Source: Opitutia bacterium KCR 482 | Lineage (GTDB): Bacteria; Verrucomicrobiota; Verrucomicrobiia; Opitutales; Intestinicryptomonadaceae | Direction: 5' to 3' | Assembly: GCA_029269845.2 (NCBI GenBank) | Contig: CP149973.1 | Coordinates: 1,530,001 to 1,562,000, forward strand | Length of the DNA stretch: 32,000 bases | Shown: positions 1-8,220 of the stretch, one piece after another | How the letters are laid out: each line of letters starts with the position of its first letter | Position numbering within the stretch: the stretch's first letter is position 1 | Notes under the pieces: model-generated | What the model was told of the DNA's origin: nothing | Database searches by the model: none | Seen by the model: only the letters and a program-made list of their open reading frames with translations | Made by a program: the position numbers and the translations under genes

Positions 1-1130
1 ACGCAGTTGACGCCGACTTTCCGCAGGTAGCAGTTTTCGTCGGCGAGCCACTTTGTCAGCCCTTCGAACGTGAGCCGTTCGCCGTCGGAGATGTCCGCCC
101 GCGCCTTTGCAAGCACGTCGCGCAGGTGGATTTCCATTACGGCGAGGTCGTGCCAATGCGGAGGCTTGAACGGGCGGTTGCGGGGCAGGTCGGCGTCGAA
201 CTTCACGATTGACGGGCCGTCGGGGAAAAGCATTGCGTTTGCGTAGGGGTCGGCGACGGGTTCGGACGACGAAAACGCGGTTGTCGCGTCGCGGTTTTTG
301 CCGCCGATTCGCCAGAAATACCGCGCCCCCGACAGGTCGCCGTCGGCGGACGCCGTCCAGATTGCGCCGTCGCAGGAGCTTGCGGAGGTCTCGCGGCGGA
401 CGCCGTCGAGAGTCCATTCGACCGACGCGTACGCGGCGCGTGGCGCGAAAAGAGAAAAGCTTGTTTTGCCGTCCGCGAAGCGCGCTCCGAGCGGAGCGGG
501 CGAGTAGATGTTTAGCAGGCGTTCGGCGAAATCGACTCCGCCCGACACGCCGAGCTGCGGGAATGAAAGCCTGATTTCGTCGGCGAGCGAGCAGATGCCG
601 TCGAAGTTTATCACGAACACGTGAAGCCCCGTTTTGTCGAGGCTCAGGCGCAGGTTGGAGTTTCCGCGGGCGTCGCGCTCGACGTTCGGAAGGGTCGGGA
701 CGGGTTCGAGCCAGCGGCCGTCCGCGCCCGCGAATTTAAAATACGCCGTGCGGCGTTTCATGCCGAGCTTCGCCACGGGAATTTCGAGCTTCCGCCCGAA
801 GCGTCCCGACGACGGCGACATTTTCCAGAGCGGGTTGCCGATTGCATCTCCCCAGTTGTTGAAGTCGCCGCAGACGTAGTAGTCGGCGTCCGAGACTGCG
901 CGGATATTCTTGAAATTGTCGGCGTCGAGCAGGAAGTGCGCAATGCCGTCGGAGATAAAGTAGGAGGCGTATTTTGCGAAGTCGCGCCCCGAAGCGCGGC
1001 TTATCGAAAAGTCGGGCAGCCCAGAAGCCCCCGACACCTTTACGTTCGGCACAAAGGGAATGTCGCGGTTGAAGACTACGGCGATTTCGTGCGCGTTTAT
1101 CCACCATGCCTTGACGATTTTCGTTGTCAT
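1..1130 (-). CDS. GH13 pullulanase / glycogen-debranching-like glycoside hydrolase, N-terminal part (3' end lies beyond the window)
   Basis: It is absent from the ORF track because it runs off the window edge. Manual minus-strand translation from the ATG at 1130..1128 stays open to position 1 (MTTKIVKAWWINAHEIAVVF...LGARFADGKTSFSLFAPRAAYASVEW...PPHWHDLAVMEIHLRDVLA...LTKWLADENCYLRKVGVNC). A CBM48-like 'LGA..dG..F.lfAP.A..V' segment is followed by the 'h.h.viyE.HvRD' and 'yL..lGvn' entry into a GH13 barrel, as in type I pullulanases. The start lies 2 nt after the stop of the upstream FtsB-like gene. Confidence 0.7.
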   Translation of the reverse strand, partial: MTTKIVKAWWINAHEIAVVFNRDIPFVPNVKVSGASGLPDFSISRASGRDFAKYASYFISDGIAHFLLDADNFKNIRAVSDADYYVCGDFNNWGDAIGNPLWKMSPSSGRFGRKLEIPVAKLGMKRRTAYFKFAGADGRWLEPVPTLPNVERDARGNSNLRLSLDKTGLHVFVINFDGICSLADEIRLSFPQLGVSGGVDFAERLLNIYSPAPLGARFADGKTSFSLFAPRAAYASVEWTLDGVRRETSASSCDGAIWTASADGDLSGARYFWRIGGKNRDATTAFSSSEPVADPYANAMLFPDGPSIVKFDADLPRNRPFKPPHWHDLAVMEIHLRDVLAKARADISDGERLTFEGLTKWLADENCYLRKVGVNC

Positions 1131-1132
1131 CT

Positions 1133-1804
1133 TTATTCCGAAATGAATCTGATTGAGTTTGGCGTTCGGGCTTTTTTCCGCGCGGGCGCGGCGGATTTTT
1201 CTTCGGGCTTTGCCGCCTGTTGCGCCGCCGCCGTTTGCAGGGCGGGCGTTGCGGCGGTTTGCCGCGTTCCGTCGGCGGGTTTCGACATGTCGATTTTAAA
1301 TGAGGGCTGTTCCCGCGTCTCCGTTTTTTTCGGCTCGTCTGCCGCGGATAAGAGTCTGCGCAGAATGGATTTTTCCGCGGCGGGTTTGGCTTGTTTTTCC
1401 GCCTGCTCCTGCGGGGCAGGCTGCCCGCCCTCCGTTTGCGAAGCGGCGGCTTCGCGCGTCTGCTTTTCGGCGTTGCGGACAACCGTTCTTCCGAAGTTTG
1501 TATCGACGCTCACGGGCGTAGAATCCTTGAATCTGAAAACAATCTCGTTTTTGCCGACGAAGCCGAGCTTTTCGCGGATAACCCTTTCGGCGAAGGCGTC
1601 GTCGTGCACGAGTCTGTAATAATACTCCTCCTTGTACGCCTTTTCGTCGGAGAGTTTTGCGACATTGTAGCGCAGGCGCGACTCGTCGAGCCGGCGTTCG
1701 ATGTTCTCCTCGCGGACGCCGAGCCACTTGACGTAGAACAGGCAAGCCATTGCCGCCGACGCGAAGAGCAGCAGAAATATTATGGCGTTGTAGATTTTAT
1801 CCAT
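1133..1804 (-). CDS. FtsB/DivIC-type septum formation initiator family protein with a long disordered Ala/Gln/Lys-rich C-terminal tail
   Basis: This is the 223-aa ORF from the track. It has an N-terminal TM helix (IIFLLLFASAAMACLFYV) and a coiled-coil segment. The characteristic 'DDAFAERVIREKLGFVGKNEIVFRF' block matches the 'yiE..AR..Lg.v..gE.v' motif of the DivIC/FtsB family. Confidence 0.7.
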   Translation of the reverse strand: MDKIYNAIIFLLLFASAAMACLFYVKWLGVREENIERRLDESRLRYNVAKLSDEKAYKEEYYYRLVHDDAFAERVIREKLGFVGKNEIVFRFKDSTPVSVDTNFGRTVVRNAEKQTREAAASQTEGGQPAPQEQAEKQAKPAAEKSILRRLLSAADEPKKTETREQPSFKIDMSKPADGTRQTAATPALQTAAAQQAAKPEEKSAAPARKKARTPNSIRFISE

Positions 1805-1915
1805 GCGCTTTCATTTTCGTCAAAATATCGCAGGCGTCCGCGCCGTGTAAAGATTATTACCGAATTTTTTAAAAATATACTCGCAAGAAGCGTCCGAACG
1901 TGGGACTATTCTCGA

Positions 1916-2548
1916 ATGGCAAAATCGGGAAGAGCGTTGTGGACGGCGGCGATAAAGGAGGGCAAAAAATCCTCCCCCGCGGGAGCGTCGGAGCGGACGG
2001 AGAAATCCGCCGATTCCCGCGCTCGCAAAAAACGCCTCGAAACCGAGCGCAAGCTCCGCGGCAGGCAGATGTGCGGCAGGGTGCTCGGCATAGACCCGAG
2101 CCTTCGCGGCACGGGTCTTGCCGTCTTGGAGGCGCGGGAGGACGGCACTTTGGCGTACATCGAATCCCTTACGGTAAAAAACCGCCCGACGCTTTCCATG
2201 CCCGAATGCCTTGCGCGGATTTTGGAGGAGACCGACGGAATTATCCGCCGCAACAAGCCCGACTGCGTGGCGATAGAGCAGAGCGTGTACGTGCAGAATT
2301 TCAGAACCGCGCTTATTTTAGGCTCGTCGCGCGGCGCGGCGATTGCCGCCGCCGCCGCAAAAAGGCTAGAAGTCTTCGAGTATCCGCCGCTGAGAATCAA
2401 GCAGGCGGTAATCGGCTACGGCAGGGCGAGCAAAGAGCAGATTGCGCGTTCGGTGGCGGCTCTCGTCTCGAACGCGCCCGTGCTTCCGTCCGACGAGGCG
2501 GATGCGGCGGGCGCGGCGTTAACCCACATATTTACTCATAAAGTCTGA
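1916..2548 (+). CDS. ruvC: Crossover junction endodeoxyribonuclease RuvC (start uncertain: ATG 1916 or ATG 2069)
   Basis: The core sequence is 'VLGIDPSLRGTGLAVLE...CVAIEQSVYVQNFRTALILGSSRGAAIAAAA...EYPPLRIKQAVIGYGRASKEQI...LPSDEADAAGAALTH', a typical RuvC with its catalytic D/E/D residues. ATG 2069 gives a canonical 159-aa protein. ATG 1916 adds a 51-aa basic extension, and it is the start preceded by the AT-rich promoter-like spacer. Confidence 0.85.
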   Translation: MAKSGRALWTAAIKEGKKSSPAGASERTEKSADSRARKKRLETERKLRGRQMCGRVLGIDPSLRGTGLAVLEAREDGTLAYIESLTVKNRPTLSMPECLARILEETDGIIRRNKPDCVAIEQSVYVQNFRTALILGSSRGAAIAAAAAKRLEVFEYPPLRIKQAVIGYGRASKEQIARSVAALVSNAPVLPSDEADAAGAALTHIFTHKV

Positions 2549-2556
2549 TAAAAATC

Positions 2557-3414
2557 ATGAAAAAATCTCTCATAGCAATGGCGGCTGGAATGGGAAGCCG
2601 CTTTGGCGGACTCAAACAGGCGGCGAAATTCGGCGCGTCGCAGAAAGTCATTCTCGACTTCGCAATCGAGGACGCGCTTGCGGCGGGCGTAGAAAAGCTC
2701 GTGTTCGTAATCCGCTCCGACATCGAAAAGATTTTCCGCGAGGACGTTTCGGGAAAATACGAAAACAAAACCGACGTCCGCTACGTCTTTCAGGACAAAT
2801 GCGGGCAGCCCCTGCCGCTCGGACGCTCCAAACCGTGGGGCACGGGGCACGCAGTGCTTGCCTGCGCCGACGAAATAGCCGAAAGCTTTTTTGCAATCAA
2901 CGCCGACGACTATTACGGGGCGTCGTCGTACACCGCGGCGTCCGAATTTCTCGACACCGCAAAGCCCGACACCTGCGCCCTTGCGGGCTTTCTGCTGAAA
3001 AACACGCTGTCCGAAAACGGCACGGTCTCGCGCGGGATATGCTCGCACGACGCCGACATGAACCTTTCGGGCGTGCGCGAATTCGGCGGGCTGAAAAAGG
3101 TCTCCGACAATCCCCTCAAAATTGCCTCCGCCGACGGAACGGAATTTTGCGGCGACGAATATACGTCGCTGAATTTTTGGGTGTTCCAGCGCAGCTTCAT
3201 GGACATCTTGGGCAGCGAGTTCGACAAATTCCTGTCGGAAAACTCCAAGAGCGAAAAGGCGGAATTCTACCTGCCCGCCGCCGTCGATACGTCGATAAAA
3301 AACGGGAGTCTTTCCGCCAAGATTCTGCCCACGCGCGAACGCTGGCAGGGAATCACATACCGCGAGGACATGCCGCTTGTCGAAAAATTCCTGCGCGAAA
3401 ACGGCCGCATTTAG
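2557..3414 (+). CDS. Sugar-phosphate nucleotidyltransferase family protein (GT-A / NTP_transferase fold); substrate not determinable
   Basis: This is a 285-aa ORF. It has the N-terminal 'IAMAAGMGSRFGGLKQ' nucleotide-binding loop, a 'KPWGTGHAVL' motif and 'FAINADDYYG'. These resemble sugar-1-phosphate nucleotidylyltransferases. Confidence 0.7.
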   Translation: MKKSLIAMAAGMGSRFGGLKQAAKFGASQKVILDFAIEDALAAGVEKLVFVIRSDIEKIFREDVSGKYENKTDVRYVFQDKCGQPLPLGRSKPWGTGHAVLACADEIAESFFAINADDYYGASSYTAASEFLDTAKPDTCALAGFLLKNTLSENGTVSRGICSHDADMNLSGVREFGGLKKVSDNPLKIASADGTEFCGDEYTSLNFWVFQRSFMDILGSEFDKFLSENSKSEKAEFYLPAAVDTSIKNGSLSAKILPTRERWQGITYREDMPLVEKFLRENGRI

Positions 3415-3451
3415 GCTTCGCCTCCGAAAGAAAAATCCGATTGAAAACACG

Positions 3452-4639
3452 ATGAAAAAAACAGCGAAATTTCTCTGCGCCCTCGCCCTCGCGTGCGCGT
3501 CCGCCGCCGCGTTCGGGGCGGACTTCTCCGCGCAGGTCGCCGCAAGCACGCTCGACCCAAAAATGGAGTGGTGGTTCAATCTGCCCGCCGACTCTGCGCC
3601 GAACATCGTCCAGACCGAGCGCGTCTATTTCCATCAGGATTTTTCCGTGTTCGCGTTCTTCGACAAGGCGGCGGTAAAGGACGGCGACTTCGACATTGAA
3701 TATTCAATCTATTCGGTCTATCCCGACGGCAAACGCGCAAAGGCGGCGGACAACATTCGCTTGAAGGGCAAAAAACTTTCGAAAGACATAATCGTCGCCT
3801 CGAACGAATACGTCGGGGTGTGCTTCGACAAAAACTACCGCGAGGGCGTGTACACGTTCGAGATAGAGGCGCGCGACAAAATCGCGGGCGCGGTGTCGAA
3901 GTCGTCAACGCAGGTGAGGCTTTCGGAATGGACGCCGACCGCGCCGATGCTCGACGCGGCTTTCGTGAAAAAGTCGATACTTGGCTTCTATCTGAATCCG
4001 TCTCCCGACACGCTGTACTCGCTGTTCTTCTCGAAGTCGCTCGACTTGGAGCAGAAGGGCGCGCCCAACGACCTCAACTTCATCAACCTCGGATTCCTCC
4101 GCGCGGCGTTCAAGCGCAACTCGTTTTTGCTGCCGCCCATGCGCGAGAATTTCGCGGGCTTCAAGCCGCTCGACCGCGCGAAAATCATATTCCTGTTCGC
4201 CGTGCTCGACGAAGCCCGCATAGACTTCAACATTCTCACCCCCGCCGAGCGCGACTATCAGGACGCCATGCGCAAGGCGAAAATTCCCGACCCCTACGCC
4301 GAGTGGGATCCCGTAATCGGCGCGGCGCAGATTGACATGCTCTGGGGCGAGTTCTTCGCCGACGGCACATACAAGCCGATTCGCCGCATAATGGATTTGC
4401 TCGCGTACGCGGAGGAGGCGAAGTTTACGCAGGCGTGCCTTTCCGCCGGCAAGCGTCCCGAAAGCCGCGCCGACTGGAAAAAGTTCATGTACGGGGCGTA
4501 TCATTCGGTCGCGCTTCAATCGCTTTTGCGCAATTCGGAACGCTTCCCGCTCGTAAAAAAATACTGCATGTGGGCGCTCGAAAACGGAGGGCTTCCCGAT
4601 TCCACATACCGCCTTTTCGGAGGGGCGCAGGCGCAGTAG
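3452..4639 (+). CDS. Secreted hypothetical protein (no family recognised)
   Basis: I trimmed track ORF 3377..4639 to the internal ATG at 3452, which yields a classic signal peptide (MKKTAKFLCALALACASAAAFGADF). Codon usage is coding-like throughout. I recognise no motif. Confidence 0.65.
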   Translation: MKKTAKFLCALALACASAAAFGADFSAQVAASTLDPKMEWWFNLPADSAPNIVQTERVYFHQDFSVFAFFDKAAVKDGDFDIEYSIYSVYPDGKRAKAADNIRLKGKKLSKDIIVASNEYVGVCFDKNYREGVYTFEIEARDKIAGAVSKSSTQVRLSEWTPTAPMLDAAFVKKSILGFYLNPSPDTLYSLFFSKSLDLEQKGAPNDLNFINLGFLRAAFKRNSFLLPPMRENFAGFKPLDRAKIIFLFAVLDEARIDFNILTPAERDYQDAMRKAKIPDPYAEWDPVIGAAQIDMLWGEFFADGTYKPIRRIMDLLAYAEEAKFTQACLSAGKRPESRADWKKFMYGAYHSVALQSLLRNSERFPLVKKYCMWALENGGLPDSTYRLFGGAQAQ

Positions 4640-4665
4640 GATTCCCGAAAAATTTTTGATTCTAT

Positions 4666-5931
4666 ATGCCGCAAAACGGAAAAATAGCATTCTGGTTTTC
4701 CGCGCCGCTTCTTGCGGCGCTGTTCTTCCATATGGTCTGCGAAAGCATGGTCGTGCCGATTCTCGCGCCGACTCTTGCCGAGCCGATTTCGCCCGCGCAC
4801 GACATGCTTGCGGGCTATTCGCAGGGTGCGCACAAGTTTTTCTACGGGCTTGCGCTGGCAGTCTATCCGATTCTCGTGTTTCTCTGCGCCCCGATAATCG
4901 GCGCGGTGTCCGACACCGTCGGGCGTCGCCCCGTTCTCCTCGCCGCGCTTGTCGGGACTATTTTGGGCTGCGTGGGGCAGGGCTTGGGAATGGAGATTCT
5001 TTCGGTTTCGCTCTTCGTCGCGGGACGCGCCCTTGTGGGGGCTACGGCGGGCGTGGACGGCGTGATTCAGGCTGCGTTGCTCGACAAATGCGCGTCGGAA
5101 AAGCAGAAGAATTTTTACCTCGGCGCGTCGCTGCTTGCCATGAGCGTGGGCTTCATGGCGGGGCCCGCGTTCGCCGCGCTACTCGTAGACGAGAACGCGT
5201 CGGCGTTTGCGTGGAGCGCGCCGTTCTACGTCTTGGCGGTAATGTTTTTGTGGACTCTCGTTTTGATATGGCGGAAGATTCCGTCGGGCGGCGGACGCGC
5301 AAGCTTCGCGAAAATCAAATGGCTTGCGGGAATTGCCGACATCGCCGTGCTTTTCCGAATAAAACAGGCGCGGCACTTGGTCGCGATTTTCGTGCTGGCG
5401 GAAATCGCGGCGGGCTGCTATGTGGCGGTGACGCCGCTTGTGCTTGCGCAGACTTTCGGATTTTCGGTGCGCGAAATCGCGGTGTTCATGTCTTTGGAGG
5501 GCGTCTTTGCGAGCGTCGTGTACGCGCTAATCGGCCCGTTCATGCTTGCGCATCTTTCCAAGAATTTCATTCTGCGCTTTTCGATGTTCATGTGCGTGAT
5601 TACATGCGGACTGCTGTTTTTCGGCGAAATAGGGGCGTTCATCTGGGCGGATTCGTTCTTCATGGCGATTGGGTTCTCTCTGGCGTACTACATAATTTTG
5701 TCGATGTTCTCCGACACTTCCGACGAGCGCAGGCGCGGCTGGATTCTGAGCGTGCTGTCGTCGCTCTGGGGGCTGACGATGGGCATGGGGCTTATGCTGT
5801 GCGGGGTTCTTGTGGGATTTTCGAACGCGCTGTGTCTGCTTGTCTGCGTGGCGCTGGGCGTGGCGGCGTTCCTCATGAGCCTCGCGAAAATCGGGCGGTT
5901 CAGGATTCCGTCCGACTCGATACCCGAATGA
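4666..5931 (+). CDS. MFS transporter (DHA1/TetA-like drug:H+ antiporter family)
   Basis: This is a 421-aa polytopic protein. The MFS loop 2-3 signature 'GAVSDTVGRRPVLL' (G-x-L-S-D-R-x-G-R-R) is present, and about 12 hydrophobic segments are visible. Confidence 0.85.
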   Translation: MPQNGKIAFWFSAPLLAALFFHMVCESMVVPILAPTLAEPISPAHDMLAGYSQGAHKFFYGLALAVYPILVFLCAPIIGAVSDTVGRRPVLLAALVGTILGCVGQGLGMEILSVSLFVAGRALVGATAGVDGVIQAALLDKCASEKQKNFYLGASLLAMSVGFMAGPAFAALLVDENASAFAWSAPFYVLAVMFLWTLVLIWRKIPSGGGRASFAKIKWLAGIADIAVLFRIKQARHLVAIFVLAEIAAGCYVAVTPLVLAQTFGFSVREIAVFMSLEGVFASVVYALIGPFMLAHLSKNFILRFSMFMCVITCGLLFFGEIGAFIWADSFFMAIGFSLAYYIILSMFSDTSDERRRGWILSVLSSLWGLTMGMGLMLCGVLVGFSNALCLLVCVALGVAAFLMSLAKIGRFRIPSDSIPE

Positions 5932-5978
5932 TTTTTTGCCGATAAAAAATCCGCGCGGGGCGCAAAAAAAGATTTCAA

Positions 5979-5991
5979 TTCGGATTCCGAA
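5979..5991. promoter_or_regulatory. Perfect 13-bp palindrome TTCGGA-T-TCCGAA in the spacer of a weak promoter-like pair upstream of nfeD
   Basis: The palindrome was read directly from the sequence. It lies between TTTCAA (5973-5978) and TAATAT (5996-6001), and the nfeD ATG is at 6009. That spacing would imply a near-leaderless transcript. Confidence 0.25.
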
Positions 5992-6008
5992 AATGTAATA
6001 TCCGCGGC

Positions 6009-6470
6009 ATGACGACAATTTTGGGATTGCTTGTATTGGGCACGGCGCTCGTGTTTCTCGAAACGGTGCTTGTGGGCGGCGTTTGGGCGGTCGCGGGCGT
6101 CGCGTGCTACGGCGGCGCGGTTTGGGCTGCAAACGCGGAGTTCGGCGCGGGGGCTGCGCTCGCGGCGGTCGCGCTTTCCGCGCTGGGTTGCGTTGCTGCG
6201 TTTCTTGTGTGGCTTTACGTCATTCCCAAGACGGCGGCGGGGCGCAAACTGTATCTGAACTCCAAGCAGGACGGGCGCGCGCCGTCGCCCGATTTCGCAA
6301 GGCTTGTCGGCAAAAAGGCGAGGGCGTTGACGCCGCTCGCGCCGACGGGAAAGGTGGAAATCGACGGGCTTCCATACGACGCCCGCTGCGAGACGGCGGT
6401 CGCGGCGGCGGGCGAAGAGCTCGTGGTTTCGCGAGCGACTCCGTTCGAATTGATAGTGGTTAAAATTTAG
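6009..6470 (+). CDS. NfeD-family membrane protein (flotillin partner)
   Basis: This is a 153-aa ORF. It has an N-terminal multi-TM Gly/Ala-rich region and a C-terminal soluble OB-like domain ('[28 protein letters not shown]...GEELVVS'). It sits immediately upstream of floA, which is the canonical pairing. Confidence 0.75.
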   Translation: MTTILGLLVLGTALVFLETVLVGGVWAVAGVACYGGAVWAANAEFGAGAALAAVALSALGCVAAFLVWLYVIPKTAAGRKLYLNSKQDGRAPSPDFARLVGKKARALTPLAPTGKVEIDGLPYDARCETAVAAAGEELVVSRATPFELIVVKI

Positions 6471-6483
6471 CAAAATACAACAA

Positions 6484-7485
6484 ATGAACATAATAACAGT
6501 ATCGACAGTAGTTGCGGGGATTATCGCGGTAATTGCGCTAATCGTCGTTATCTCGTTTATCAACACTTGGCTGAAAGCCATGCTTGCGGGCGCGCCGGTG
6601 AGCATTCTCACGCTGATTGCAATGCGCCTGCGCGGCGTCCCGTACGGAATGATTGTGGACTCGCGCATCATGGCGGTCAAGGCGGGCTTGGATTTGACGA
6701 TAAACCAGCTCGAAGAGCACTACCTCGCCGAGGGGCACCTGATTCCCACGATTCAGGCGCTGATTGCCGCCGAAAAGGCGGGCATGGATTTGTCGTGGAA
6801 ACAGGCGTGCGCGATTGACTTGGCGACGAAAGGAACGGGCAAAACCGTGGGAGAGGCTGTCCGCACGTCGATTAACCCGAAAGTCATCGACTGCCCCAAC
6901 CCGAATTCGGGGCGGCGTTCGATAGACGGCGTGGCAAAGGACGGCATTCAGGTAAAAGTCCGCGCGCGCGTTACCGTGCGCACGAATCTGGAAAGGTTCG
7001 TGGGCGGGGCGCAGGAGGAGACGATTATCGCCCGCGTCGGCGAGGGCATCGTAACCACAATCGGCTCGGCGGACTCCTACAAATTCGTGCTCGAACACCC
7101 CGACAGGATTTCGAAAGTCGTCCTCGAACGCGGGCTTGATTCGGGCACGGCGTACGAAATTCTTTCAATCGACATCGCCGACGTCGACGTGGGCGAAAAC
7201 GTCGGCGCAAAGTTGCAGGAGGCGCAGGCTATCGCCAACAAAAACATGGCGCAGGCGCAGGCGGAAATCAGACGCGCGGCGGCGGTCGCGCTCGAACAGG
7301 AGATGAAGGCGAAAGTGGAGGACATGAAAGCGAAGGTCGTGGAGGCGGAGGCGCAGGTGCCGCTCGCGCTCGCCGAGTCCCTGCGGTCGGGCAAAATGGG
7401 CTTTATGGACTACTACAAGCTCCAAAACATTCAGGCGGACACCTCGATGCGCGAAAGCATTTCGGGCGACAAGCCCAAGAAATAG
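6484..7485 (+). CDS. floA: Flotillin-like protein FloA (UPF0365/YqfA family)
   Basis: This is a 333-aa ORF. It shows '[25 protein letters not shown]...', '[13 protein letters not shown]', 'INPKVIDCP...[39 protein letters not shown]' and a C-terminal '[18 protein letters not shown]'. Together these are characteristic of FloA. Confidence 0.9.
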   Translation: MNIITVSTVVAGIIAVIALIVVISFINTWLKAMLAGAPVSILTLIAMRLRGVPYGMIVDSRIMAVKAGLDLTINQLEEHYLAEGHLIPTIQALIAAEKAGMDLSWKQACAIDLATKGTGKTVGEAVRTSINPKVIDCPNPNSGRRSIDGVAKDGIQVKVRARVTVRTNLERFVGGAQEETIIARVGEGIVTTIGSADSYKFVLEHPDRISKVVLERGLDSGTAYEILSIDIADVDVGENVGAKLQEAQAIANKNMAQAQAEIRRAAAVALEQEMKAKVEDMKAKVVEAEAQVPLALAESLRSGKMGFMDYYKLQNIQADTSMRESISGDKPKK

Positions 7486-7497
7486 CGGAGACCGCGA

Positions 7498-8220
7498 ATG
7501 GATTTCTTTTTCGACAACATAGTATTTTTTGCGGTCGTTGCGTACATGCTAATCGTGTTCGTTTCGAAAGTCGCGATGACGGGCGGGGGCGGCGGCGATA
7601 ACGCTCAAACCCCGCCGCGCCGTCCGCGCGGGCATTCCGCGCACGACTTCCCGCGCTCCGCGACGCGTCCGACGCCCCGCAGTGTCCCCGCGCGAAAGCC
7701 CGCCGAAAAAACCGTGTTCGAAACGGAATCCCCCGCGGAGGAGCCCGAAATTTCCGACGCGCAAAAGCGCAGGGAGCTTGCGAACGACGCCCGCTACAAT
7801 GCAGAGCCTGGTCATTCGCCGACCGCCCCGTGCAACCGATACGCGCCGGAGGCGGAGCAGTCAGCTCCGCCCGTTCCGCAAGAGCCTGAGGATTTCGGCG
7901 AAATGTTCGACCCCGCCGCCGCCCGCAGGCTTGTGGAGCAGATGACGGCGGATTCGCACGGCTTCCACGGCGGCAATTCGTACATAAACGCCGACCTCTT
8001 CGAGCTTGAAAACTTTGCGGAGGAAGACGCCGAAAGCGCGTCCGAATCCGAACCCGTCCGAACCGCCGAGCCGTCGCAAGCCCAAGCCGCGTCGGCGGAG
8101 CAAAGCCTGTCGGCGGCGGAAAAATACGGTTTGGACTCGGCGGGCGCGTTGCGCCGCGCGTTTGTGGCGGCGGAAGTTTTGGGCAAACCTAAATCATTAA
8201 AAAGCGACGAAACATGGTAA
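7498..8220 (+). CDS. Hypothetical membrane-anchored protein with one N-terminal TM helix followed by a Pro/Glu/Ala-rich disordered region
   Basis: This is a 240-aa ORF starting 12 nt after floA. Its stop overlaps the glgB start by 7 nt. Codon usage matches the neighbouring genes. There is no recognisable domain, and a GGAG lies 7 nt upstream of the ATG. Confidence 0.55.
   Translation: MDFFFDNIVFFAVVAYMLIVFVSKVAMTGGGGGDNAQTPPRRPRGHSAHDFPRSATRPTPRSVPARKPAEKTVFETESPAEEPEISDAQKRRELANDARYNAEPGHSPTAPCNRYAPEAEQSAPPVPQEPEDFGEMFDPAAARRLVEQMTADSHGFHGGNSYINADLFELENFAEEDAESASESEPVRTAEPSQAQAASAEQSLSAAEKYGLDSAGALRRAFVAAEVLGKPKSLKSDETW

Noticed and set aside
1957-1970. A shared 14-nt word, GGAGGG(A)CAAAAAAT, at 1957-1970 (inside or upstream of ruvC) and at 19113-19127 (upstream of argC). 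I considered whether it is a common regulatory motif.
   Set aside because: There are only two copies, in different contexts: one probably coding, the other part of a hairpin. I have no supporting evidence, so I treat it as coincidence unless a genome-wide search shows enrichment.
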